Made by a program: the position numbers and the translations under genes. A model generated the notes under the pieces. That model ran no database searches and had not been told where the DNA came from. It saw only the letters and a program-made list of their open reading frames with translations. Shown one piece after another: positions 10,146 to 22,502 of a DNA stretch of 64,000 nt. Location: assembly GCA_040954595.2 (NCBI GenBank), contig CM082587.2, positions 4,668,093 to 4,732,092 on the forward strand, written 5' to 3'. The DNA is from Balanoglossus misakiensis. Taxonomy: Eukaryota; Animalia; Hemichordata. Numbering within the stretch: the stretch's first letter is position 1; each line of letters starts with the position of its first letter.

Positions 10146-13100
10146 ATGTCTGCCCTTTCGTTCGTCTGGCGATCTTTATTTTGCACAGGAAAACACAGTC
10201 GGCCGGACACGGTGAATTTGTTGCGGCGGCCAGTGTATGGACTCGTAACCAGGTGAGAGCCGAATAAAAGGTGCAGTGCCTTCTCACTAGAATCTTGAGG
10301 GCACCTGGTGGGCTTACCGGATACCTTCTTATAAGTTGTGATTCATGTCATCTGCTTACGAAGCACATAGTCAGGGATTGTGAAACAAATCTGTGAATAA
10401 TGCGCACCACTGTTTCAGTGTTTAGTCATCTATTTTTAGTAACGTGGTCACCACCCATCATAATACATGTAGTGGCGTCTGCTTGGATTTTCAATCATGT
10501 CTTGTTGTGGAGACCCGGCAAATAGTGTTGGAATTGTTAATTCGTAAGTACAACAGATCATTCCATGTAACGTGTATGCGGTAAAAATCATGCCCCACTC
10601 CCTTAATTATAAATGAATGTGTTTTTGTGATGTGTCTTTATGTGCACACATGGAAACTGATGACATATCGTTTGAATCACATTCACAAAGCTTTAGCTGT
10701 CAGGTCATAGCTTACAATAGAGTAACTCATATTCTTTTGTGAAGCGGTCAGGGGGAGGGGCGGGTGTTTACCAAAACAGGGTCACTGACCTTTTCCTATT
10801 TATCATAATCTAAATTAAGATATTAACAAAACCCTCTCTTTAAATTTGCTTGTTCTGCAGGGAACTCTTTCAATTATTTGAGCACTATAAGTCTGAGAGT
10901 GGAAAATTGGCTCCGGCAGAAGTTTTGCAAGCTCTTCACCAGATTCAGTTGTACCCTTCCAAGTCTCAAGGTAAGAATTTTGTTCAGCCTGGCATTAAAG
11001 TCTTAAAGAATTGAAGACGTGTCTTTAACCAAACCTTGCCTAATCAGATCTGGACGTTTTCTGTATGCCGAACACCCTTTCCATTGATTATTCTAGAAAT
11101 TGAAACAACCCCCAATATTTCTCCTCACACAGTACGTATACTGTTAGAGAGTGCAAGGGACTGTTCATCTGACAAGATCAAAACTAAACTGACGTTCGGA
11201 GAATTCTGCGTCTTAGTCTCTGAACTCAGGGAAAGGAAATACAGACAGTCTTGCATGTACCGGTAAGCACATATTTCTTGTACATGTAATTATCCATGCA
11301 TGTAAAATGTACCTATTCATTCTTTACATCACATTTAGTGTGATACTTTTGAAGTCATCTCTGGAATCTTGGAGGCATGATTGGCATGCCTGGAGTGTTG
11401 TCTATAATGTCTATCTACATTATCTCTGTTTCAGAAATACAGATTACAAAAAAATTCCAATTCTTCTTGTTAGAATTCCTTATAATTGAACAGAAAATAA
11501 ATTAGCATAATTAGCTAAAGAGTCAGGTTCAATTTGACCCTTCTGAGTGTGCCCAGCTAAGGACTGGATTGTAACTGACAAATGCAGCTCAGTTTCCATT
11601 GGTCGTTTTAACTGTCACAGTCAGATATGTCTGTTTCAAGTGTTTGTCTGAAATGGACAGTTGGAGAGAATTCAAGACAGCTATTTCGACACCATTGTGC
11701 CAGCCCATTGTTAGCCCAGAGTTAACACAATGGAAAAGATTGCTTTGATCTGTGATGTACAGTCATGCAAATATGTCCACACTATCACCACAGGGGTCTG
11801 CACCAGTCCAACCTATGTTGGATCATGTATCACGTATCATGCGTCTAATCAAAAACTACCATGCATTAAAATCTGATATCGATGTTTAATAGCATCTTGC
11901 ATATCACAGAACCACTTGTTATTAGATTACAGTCGGAAATCCAAGCCCAGAAAAAAACTTGCGCAGCGACACAGTGGGTTACTGCACATTGTTGGCTAGA
12001 CATGGTACATCTTAATATATGTACTAATTAATCAATAACTCTTTTCACTGCCACAGTACAGTCTCGTGTCATTGTTGACATTTTTCCACTGCTAATGTAC
12101 ACAATTAATAATACGCAAGTTTACTTTTTGAAATGTTAATATTTTATATAAAATAAAAGAGTACATGTGATGTATGTGCATTTTGAATAATCAACAATTG
12201 TGAACAAATGCAGTTCAACAAGTTCCTAATGAAAAGTAATTCTGTAAGCGATTTATTTCCACCCTGACTCCATTGTTTAACAAGGTCGGTGTTTAAATTC
12301 TCAGCCTAGGGATAATTACTTTCTGACTTAAATTGAAATGAACTTCACCGGGGTAGAGAGAGCACACGAACATGTACAGGGCATCCCTTTTCTCGAGATA
12401 TGCCAGACACTAATTGCTGTTTTATCTCTGCTCTTTTCCACTGCAGGCAGACTAAGATGGGATGTGTTCACGGGTAAGTAGTGGCCTTTGTTAATACATG
12501 AGTCAATTATAGTTGCTATGGTTACAGGCGTAGATTGCAGTCCGTCCACTGGGAATATGCGGGTGCGCTGATGATTGTATACATTACAGGTACATGTACT
12601 TGTAAAATAATCTGATAATGTGTGAAAGGATTCTGTTATCGTGTGTTTTTTTTTTCATCCAATACGGTAGTACTGTAACGGTGAAGAGTTAGGGTCTGTG
12701 ACACAAATGCATACACATGTATATGTAGCCACTCGACTGAATCCGCTTCAGCCAAACAATTTAATGATCTCATTATCTCCACCTCTGGAAAGAAAATAAT
12801 CATCAAGTAAAATTGGAACTGTGAATTTTGATGGAAATTGTCCTGTCTGACACGTAATGGATCAGTTTATGATTTGGGGCTTTGGAGAAATCCAATTGAG
12901 TTGAAATTTTCAGAAGCGAAGCGACTAATCTCCGAACGTCTGCAACCTTTTGGCCTCTGTGTGACAGAGATGAATGGCAGGCTTCTGACAAGCCAATGCA
13001 ATCATCAGAAAATGAAGTCAGCGTACTGTTACCAGGCGTTGCATGTAGATGCATGAATTAGTTATAGGGCAGTTGGCAAGGTTGTGTATCTATTAGTCTG

Positions 13101-16100
13101 TTTGTGAGGGTGTGTGTGTATTTGGGGGTACAAATGTAAATACTGATTTCAACACTCGACAGTTTTCTGATTAAAGGTTACCTTGAAACGGAAAAGGTAA
13201 TGAAATCATATGAATCATGGTGCATGACAGGAAATTTAATTTTTAAATTTACAAAATTTGTTTCTTAGTGGAAAGACAGAGACCTTAACTGGTTAAAATG
13301 AAAAAAAGAAAAGAACTCACATGAAACCATGATACAAGATACAAAAATCATTATTACAGTATTGGTTGTCAGGGTTACTAATGGAACGGCCAATGTTTGA
13401 AGTGAAATACTTGGTGGTTGCTAAGTAAGTTGTCGATGACAAATTGATGTATCATCGCACCGATGAACAAAGACCGAATGCACGGCCTTGCAAATCGGGC
13501 AATCCAGACGTTTAATTATTCATCCAATGGGGAACCGCTGTCAATGACAGTCATCTGTACGTTTAATGCAAAAGTCAGGATTGTTCACACTCTTTGCTGT
13601 ACTGTACCGGGTATGACTGTTCGTAACGTGCTTTGTATTGGGAAACCTCTGCTCCTTCAATCCGGAGTCTGTCTACAAATTACAAGGGAAGGGAATTTCT
13701 ACTTCCTTAGCATTCCAGATGTTCTTTTTAAGGTCGGTGAGTTGTTGTTAATTGTCGCAGGGCATCCCGAATCATTTTCACAGAATTAAGTCCTCATGTC
13801 CTGAAGCAAATCAATGTGTCAGAGTTTTTTTATGGATATCACAGCATTTCCAGAAGCTGGTAATCGTGCCTACACTTCTGTGAAATAGAGTTTTAAAATG
13901 TCTCACAAATGATATATACATGTACATGTATGTACCAGTAGTCAGCAATATACATTGTACTGTCGATAAAAAAATCTGCCATTGAAGTCATGTACATACA
14001 AGTATGTTAATTGAAATCACCAAGCCCAAGTATGATTCATGTCATGATTATAGGTCAGAGACTTCTGACTGCAAGGCTATAGGAAAAAAAACAAAATCCT
14101 CAGAGACTATCATTTGAATGCTGACGACGCCTTCATATTAGATCAAGGTTGAGCGTAATATATTCCTGGGATGTACAGTAACCTTTTCGTGTCCGATTGC
14201 TGTGGATCAGTTTCCATGGCAATGGCAAATGTAATCAGTGGCTTGATCCAGCGTGTGTTAAGTGTGATCAGAGCACTACACTCCTATGACCTCAAAGGAT
14301 TATTCAATGTTTAGGCTATCAGAGAATGCAAGGAACTACTGTCAATGGATGAAAATCAGAAATATAGAGTTACTCACTTGATATGAAGGTTGGCTTCATA
14401 TGTGACGTTCCAGACAATCTGTGATTTATCATATATGTACCAGAGTAGGCTAAGCTCATATTTCCCAGATAGAGAAAACGAAACAAATGGTTTGAAAGGT
14501 TTCAATTCTTGGAAATGGGGAATCTGTTCCTGAGAAATTCACCTAGAAAAGAAAAGTAAACTGATGTGTTTGTTTGCACATTACATGCAATGTATATTGT
14601 GTGTGTGTGTTGCTGGTATGCATGATTCCATGTATGCACTTGCGAGGAGGTTGGTTGGTCTTTCTGTTTAGTGTCTTTGTCTGTCTGTCTGTCTGTCTGT
14701 GTTTCTCTGTCTGTTTGGACAAAAGACAGTATGCTGAGGAAGTGAAAGTGTATGAAATTAGGCAAAGTTTTCAGATGTATTTCCTGGTTGCATGACTAGT
14801 GGCAGTAAACATAAAATGCAAAATTTGACGTAGTTCTTCTATTTCTCCCTAATACCTTTCAGAGGTCCAGTTACACCCACTGCAAGACAAATAAGTAGCA
14901 CTCGTGTGAATGGATCAGCCAAGAGTACAGCCTCTTCAAAAAGGAGTGGCCTGCATACAGCAAAATTTGAAGGTAACATTTACTGACAATTGGTGTTTGA
15001 ACCTGTAAATACATGTATTTTTGAAATTACGGAACACAGTGTGTTTTACATTTCTGATGATTTATTCTTTTCCGTCAGTATTTTTAGGTGGTGCTTGCAA
15101 CCCGACCACATGGAGGCAGGACACGGCTATACCAATGTTGAGAGAATACGGAATCACGTTCTATAACCCAGTAAGTTTATCTTGGTATATAGGGGCAGAA
15201 CTTTCAAGAAAAAATCGAAACAGATATTGATACCAATTCATCCCATTGCTTGAATACATGCATGTAATTGGCATTAACGTTAAAACTCTGACGGTAAAAA
15301 GGGTAAAATATTTGATAAATTTCCAAATTTGTAATTAATGCAAACTGGCATGAACTGATTTGCTTTGGTTGATTTTACAGCAAGTGTCCGAATGGAGCCA
15401 AGACCTGATTGAAATCGAAGAACACGCCAAGCAGTCAGCCAAGCTGCTCTTGTTTGTTTTCGAGGAAGAGACGAGAGGAATTGCATCCTTGGTAGAGGCT
15501 GCCTTCCTGTCAGGTATGGCAACACTTCGCAAATGTGATTATTTTCTGCAAGATTTCAGCATGTCGGATTTTTGATGTGAACCATTTCAGCACATTGCAG
15601 TGTATCCAAATTGTAATAAAATATTAACAGGTGACTTTTTTGCCTTTTGCTTTATAATTTTAGGTGCAGATCGTCTTGTATTTGTTGTAATGCTTGGTGT
15701 TCCCAGACTCAACTGTGATTTGAATGGAGAAGTTGTTAGTGAAAGGTAAGATTTCTAAGAAACATTTGTGTGTATATTTTGCCACATCGTACTTAACAAG
15801 TCGTATAAAATGCATACCAAGAGAAGCTTGAATTAAGGCTAATCCTACATGTAATTTATTTTTGATCAGGTGTCATGATATTTAACCCTTTGCACTCTGA
15901 CCCCCCAGTGACCTATGACATCATCACTCAGTCAAGAGTTAATTGGTCAATCTGCCTACTTTCTGACGCCCATTTCTCCTTCTTTCTGTCATTTCACAGT
16001 GAATGCGAAGATTTGGAGAGAGGGCAAGCCTTCCTCTGCGACTTGGTGGAGAGGCAAGGGTTGCCTGTCTTCGAAGACATTCCAACAGCGTTGTCGTGTG

Positions 16101-18607
16101 CCAACAAAGTACTTAAACAGGGTATCGAAGTGTCGGACCTGTCGCCGGGCGACGGTGTCCAGCCAATCAAACAGCCCCACAGCAGACCAGGTGATAGGCT
16201 GATGTAAGTGAACACGGTCTAAGTGACACCTGGGTACATTTATACACAGACTTGGTTCAAGATGGTGAATAAAAAAATAAAGTAATTTGCAACTGCTTGT
16301 ATAGGTCACTTTATACCTCACAAAGACTACCCGGTATATGATTATTGGTGTGTGAATATTTTCTTGTATGTGCAGTTTATGTACCCCAAGGCAACAGACT
16401 GGAGTTTGTACAGTAAGATCTATCTGCCCCAATTCCCCGTGTCTAACATTAACAATGTACCTCGCGACCTTGTCATTCTTTCAGTGCTTTACAAGAAATT
16501 TTTAATACTTATGATCAAAAGAAGAGCGGACAAATCAGTGTGGATGATGTAAGTAGCTGAATTTTTTTCCCTCACTTTAACTTCACTCGTTATTCTGTAT
16601 TTATGGCAGTTTACATCATATCAGTAATGTTCAATAACATTAAGCCATGTTCCTGTATTCTTCATACTTAGATTTACCTAGCAGTGAAATCGGCAACAGG
16701 TCGCGACGACCTCTCAGCAGCTGACTTTGACTGCATCCGCAGTAAATGTTCGTGTCGGGGCGACAGTGGCACCATTCAAGAAATCAACAGTCTTTCATTC
16801 GACGAATTCTGCTGCCTAGTAACAGAGTACAGCCGCACGTGGCCATCTTTTCACGGAAGGGGGTGTCTGGCACACTACGTGGAATCGATCAAGGAAACCG
16901 CAAGAGAATTATGCCGTGAGTTGTTTCCTCAGCCGATCGGTTACTATGGTAATTTGGTGATTTGCTGAGAACTGCTCCTTGTGAAGTAGGAGCACACTCA
17001 GTGTGTTTGTTCCTCAGTTGTTCCTGACACAAAGACAGACATCACACCAGGATGTTCATGTTGACTGTCTGTCTGTCGGAACCATTCAAGCATCCTGTCA
17101 TCTGTGGATGCAAAATGATCAAATTTTACAACTCTGTTGATTCAGTGACTCATTTCGTAGTGAAAAACCTGTGACTATTTACATGGCTTCATAATAGCAA
17201 TCATCAAATTTTATTTTGAGTATTATGTTACCTTTTTCTTTGAAGCTATAAAATTGACCAGTAATTTCAATGGCCCTTTGGTATTTTTTTGTGAAATACC
17301 CAATGTTTCACTTCATTTTGCCAATATAGTTTTGACAGGACACTCAATTAATTATGCTCTGTAGTCATCACCGTTTTAGTAATTTTTTGTGTGATGAGTG
17401 TACTGGTGATTAACTGCCGTGGTGTGAAACTTTCATTTCTTTGATCCAGGCTGGTTGTACAGTAACCAGAGCAACGGCGAAATTTACGAGGACTTCTCGC
17501 CGATGAAGCGAGATGTCTTTCTCGGGGGCAGCTGTAGTGACAGTACGTGGAGAGAGGACATCGCCATTCCTTTACTAAGGTATTGATTTCTGTCAAACAT
17601 TGGCTGTTTAAGTAGTGAATTCAAATAATATAATGCATTGACAGAAATTTGACAAAATGTACTAATTTGGAGACCATCCCTAACTTTGTTTCAGGAAAAG
17701 AGGAATGTCTTACTACAATCCAAGGAAGGCAAAATGGAGTATCAGATTCATCCCTCTGGAACACGAAGCAAAAGAATACTGCAGGTGGTTGCTCTATGTC
17801 ATTACGGCGACAACGCGGGGCGTGGGGTCCTTAGTCGAGGTAGGTGTGAAATTTGGAATATAGTGCCACCAAGTGGTGGTTTGTAACACCGGATGTACAA
17901 ACAAGACATCTCGTCTAAACAGTAAACACCACATTGTAAAAAGTTGTTTCCCCTGCATCTCCTCAGTTTGGTACCTCCATGTTGTTTTCGGTGCTGTGGT
18001 CAGACCCATATACAGGCCCGTAGGGGTGGAAGGGTAATAAAATGTGTTTATAATTCCTCATAGGCGGCTCATTACATCGGACAGGGCAGGAAGGTTGTGG
18101 TGTGTTTGCAAGAACTGTCCGAGTCAACAGTCGTCAAGGGGGAAAAGGTGAGTGTGAACTGATCACAAGTGATCATCAAGTTCGAGGTTTAATAGTGACT
18201 CGTTTATATAAGTCCAGTAACTCTGTGCGTAGATCATACTCACACGTACATCCCTCTGTCAGTGCCAGCCAAAGCCTTGATTCAGACTAATATGTGTTCT
18301 GTATCATTCTGTCTGTGTGGTACAACACAAGAACACTCCATCTCTTCTTAATGCTAATTTGCAGAGTCTATAGAGATCACAGCCTCAGATTTTTCACATG
18401 CTGCACAAACTTTGATGAACCTCTACACTTCTACACTGACTCTTTTCCACTTTTTTGCCTCAGTTGACAAATAAAGCTGTGAGGGATTACAACAGAGGCA
18501 GAAAATACCTGGCTGACTTGGCCAACAGACACGGTGTACCCATCTTTGATGACTTAACTGAGTCATTGGAATGTGTCATGAAGAAGATCCAGTCAGAAAC
18601 TCAGTAG
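10146..18607 (+). CDS. raw: Raw/OLRN-1 family protein: tandem (EF-hand-like + NDT-like) x2, about 592 aa, 14 exons
   Basis: Exons 10146-10252, 10861-10970, 11133-11262, 14863-14972, 15079-15170, 15381-15513, 15664-15745, 16000-16203, 16485-16548, 16672-16915, 17450-17579, 17695-17839, 18064-18147, 18464-18607. Repeated signatures VFLGGACNPTTWRQDTAIPML..FYNPQ..SLVEAA and VFLGGSCSDSTWREDIAIPLL..YYNP..SLVEAAHYIG..DYNRGRKYLADLA. The first exon is the least certain. Confidence 0.88.
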
Positions 18608-21215
18608 AGGCTGTGATGGACCTGTACACCCCTATAAAACTCAAGACATTGAGTGTTCCGTCTCGAAATTGATAATACTGTTTAGAAAATGAAAATGAAA
18701 GAAATCACAGCTGTGTTGACAGTGGGTATTTTTTCTCAGGTACAGATAGATTTTTTAACGAATTGAACTGCATATTTTCTGGTGTTAAATTTCGTTTTTT
18801 TTTTAAACTTAAAAAAGTGTTCTCTATGGTACCATGTTGTTTCTGTGTCTTCCATTTTTAGCTGCCGCCCGTAAGATCTCCTTACTAGACTACAATGTGC
18901 AATCTCTGAGTGTGAAATGCTTATTTCAACATGGACAGTTTTATTTTTGTGCCTCTATGAAGACTGCCGCTGCAATTTTATATAATAAATGTGCGTCTAG
19001 ATGTTATTGTGTTTCTCCATTGGACTTCTGAAATAATTTGTCAACATGCACAACTACATGTAGGCCTTAATTTGTCACACAATCACTCAATCACTGTGCA
19101 AGGAAATGTAACAGCTCATGAAAGTGTAGTGGGAATTGCTAAAAAACATCACTTGTACTATTTCATTAATGGGCATGAGATGGAGAGCTGTCTACTTTAA
19201 TTTACATGTGTGTAAAACTGAAAATACTGGGAAAAAATGCAACCAAAGCCTTGATGTGCCAATTTTGGTTATTTACATTTTAAAGTAGTATTTAAACTTG
19301 CAGAGCAAACTTTAAGAAACGTGAATATTTTTTGTGTATTTTTATTTTAAAATAGACGTCTGTACCATAAAACACCATGCATTTCAAGACATACTGAATG
19401 TGCATCATTACGTTGTGAGATAAGAACAGGAATGTTTCAATATTCAACAGAGTAAAGAATAAGGAACTGTCAGATATTCATAGGAAGAGTAACAGACAAA
19501 AATATCGCTGCTTACTTTACTTGGAGTTTTCATGTTGGTGAGATGTTAGAGCTTGTTTCTGTTAATGTTTTGTTATCAGATTAGATGTGCATGTCCATGT
19601 TAGATATTTAAGTCTGTAAATTAATTAATGAAGTACTGAACAGGCCCCATTGAGGGCATGTACTGAAATTTATCTTTGTTTTCTAGCTGTTTGACTACTA
19701 GAACGACAAAAACCAATCAGAGTGCTGTACTCAATTTATTAACCAATGGAAATAAGGCAAAAGGCTTCTTCCTTATCCCCTTTTGTAAGACGATCACTGA
19801 TTGGTAAGTGGACGATTCTTACGATGTCTAGTTTGGGATACCATGTTTCTGAGACCATTCAAATCTGCCATGCTGTGTCAGTATCATATACAGTTGCCTT
19901 GAACTCTTGGTCTCTGCCATTCTGGATGACCCCACACCACAAGAAAATACCCAGGTACAGGTCACTTAGGGGTCACACAAGTGACCTTGGCATTGAAGCA
20001 CTTTGCCAAAGGGCTTTAATTGGTACAGACGTATTCTATGGATTTATTGTATATATTTGGCACAATCATAGATTTTTATATAAACTGTAACATTTCTGTG
20101 CCTTATACTTGGAATGTGATATTTCCTAGAGCTTGCCCATACGTGCATGTAAATGTGAGAATTTCTGTGTGAATCATTTACCAGTAATTGTACATGTTAG
20201 ATGTTGTACCCGATGCTTTTTTAAAGGAAATAAAACATTTAAAGACAAAACTATTGCTTTTTAAATTTGTGCGTAGTGGCTGTGCGATTAACTTCTTCAC
20301 GTTTACCAGCTGAAGCGTATTAAGATCAAACTTTAGACAAGACGTTTTCAAATACATAATTTATTATACCCAATATAAAGTACATGTACACGTAAATAAA
20401 AATCTATAATATGCTGATTCTCAACACAGGCTAGTATTGCTCCAGTGCAGAATGAAGAGAATTAAGGACATTTCACGTGCAATTACTCATGGCTGTAATC
20501 AAGCATTATTGTTTGAAACTATAAGAAATTTATCTTCTGGGCATTGTAGGGTATTTACATGCATATAATGTAACTGATTACACTCGTTTTATTTCTTCTT
20601 TTATAATATTTTACAGCATATTCATACAATGGACTTATGACAGTCAACATGGTGACATAAACACACAATGACAACCGTGACAAGACATTCTCTGCTCAGA
20701 GGTAAATCAAATGTAAAACTATACAATGTATGTATGTATGCAATATGTATGTACGCATGACAAAATACATTTTTTGTAAATGTACAGACACCTGAATACT
20801 ACGTGCCATACCTCAGTGTTAAATGTCCATCCATTGTTATGAGGAATGAATATTTGATGCTGGACGGAATGGTTAAAGGCAGACAGACAAATACATCAAG
20901 TTGATGTATTAAACTAATTGTGTCAATATCTTTTGCTAGGTAACTTCCGGCTAATTTATTCACGCAGTACAGTTCTGGGCACCCTGGCACCCATGTAAAG
21001 AATTTTGTTAATATTAGAAATTGTCAAAACGTTTGAAAAACCAATATTTATCTACATGTTTACAGTTATAAAATATATTACATTTGACTCTCGCAGATGA
21101 TTATTTGCGTGATCATGATGCTATGAAAAGAGAGAGAGAGAGAGAGAGAGAGAGATTAGTACATGTCAAAACCATTGACTATCTTGTCCTGAAAGTTGAT
21201 CGAAAAATGTATGTT

Positions 21216-22418
21216 TTAAACAATCTTAATAGTCACATGTCTTGTGGTCTTTGTTCTGATTTTCTGTCCAATTGTTGTTGAAATTCCTGGTAAAATAGTT
21301 TCAAAGAATTGCCTTGGTATTTGTCGTTTTTTCGGTAGTTAAAAAACAGCATAATGGACTAGCTGCCTGTGCTGGGTATCTATTCACTGCGATCGTATAA
21401 AAACAAAAGTCGGGATATCTTACCAGTCTCTTGCTCGTAGAGGGCGCCGACTTCTTCCAAGGACAATTCCCGGTAGAATATTTGAAGATCGCTCATCCCG
21501 GCGTTGCCACGTTTCGAGGTGTCCATCATGGCGCTGTTAGAGCCACCTATAATCAAGACTGTGGAGGGGGAAGGAAATCCCAAAGGTAGAATTAACACGA
21601 TAAGGAATGCAATGAATTTAAAGTCCGGACTAAAAAATAGCCAAAAGTTTTAGTTTCTGGGAAAGTACTTACTTGTATCTGTGAAAGTGGTAGACGGGTA
21701 TGTGTCTGTCTCTTCTATATGCGTTTGTGGCAATCCATCGACGTACATGTTCCCCGTGCTGGGTGCCCTGAATGTCGCCACAAAATGAAACCACGTGTTT
21801 TGTGGGAACCCGTCGATGGCGAACATGCGCCTGTACAAAGCTGTGCTGTTCTTGGGAACCTGCGCGGCCCACACCAGCAAGGGGGTGGCGCCGTCCACTG
21901 TCCAAATGGCAAACCCCCTCCCGTTCATGGTCTGTCCGCCAGACGTCAAGTGGTAACGAATGGTCGGGTTCTGGCCCATGTCGATGTTCATCCACACGGC
22001 CACGGTGGCACCCTCGCCGCACAGGGCGGCGTCTGCCAAGCACTCGCCGTCGAAGTCCGGGAAACTGACGATATTGCCCGTGTCGTAGTGTGTGGCGCAC
22101 GTGTGCACGGCCAGTTTCGGCACCGGCGCCGGGGTGAGTGGTATGTCGGCCCAAGTGGGGAGAAAGACGAAGATGTCACCGCCTCTACCCTGCATCACTT
22201 CGTATACCGTTGGAGCCGGTGATGCCGGTGACGCGCACACGTTTCCAAGGCAATCAGCGGGTTCTGGGTCAGATGCTGCGCATTTGCCAGAGAGTTCCCA
22301 GTGGTACGTTGGTCTTAAATCTGTTGGTTGAACAAAATGGGATCTTATAATACGTGCAGCCGCAGTATATGTCCAACAAACGACCAGGGTAGATTAATGA
22401 AGCCTGTATTTTGTGTTC

Positions 22419-22502
<84 letters not shown>

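Noticed and set aside
21669-22350. Several overlapping ORFs on both strands
   Set aside because: Shadows of a GC-rich LamG exon; no independent motifs
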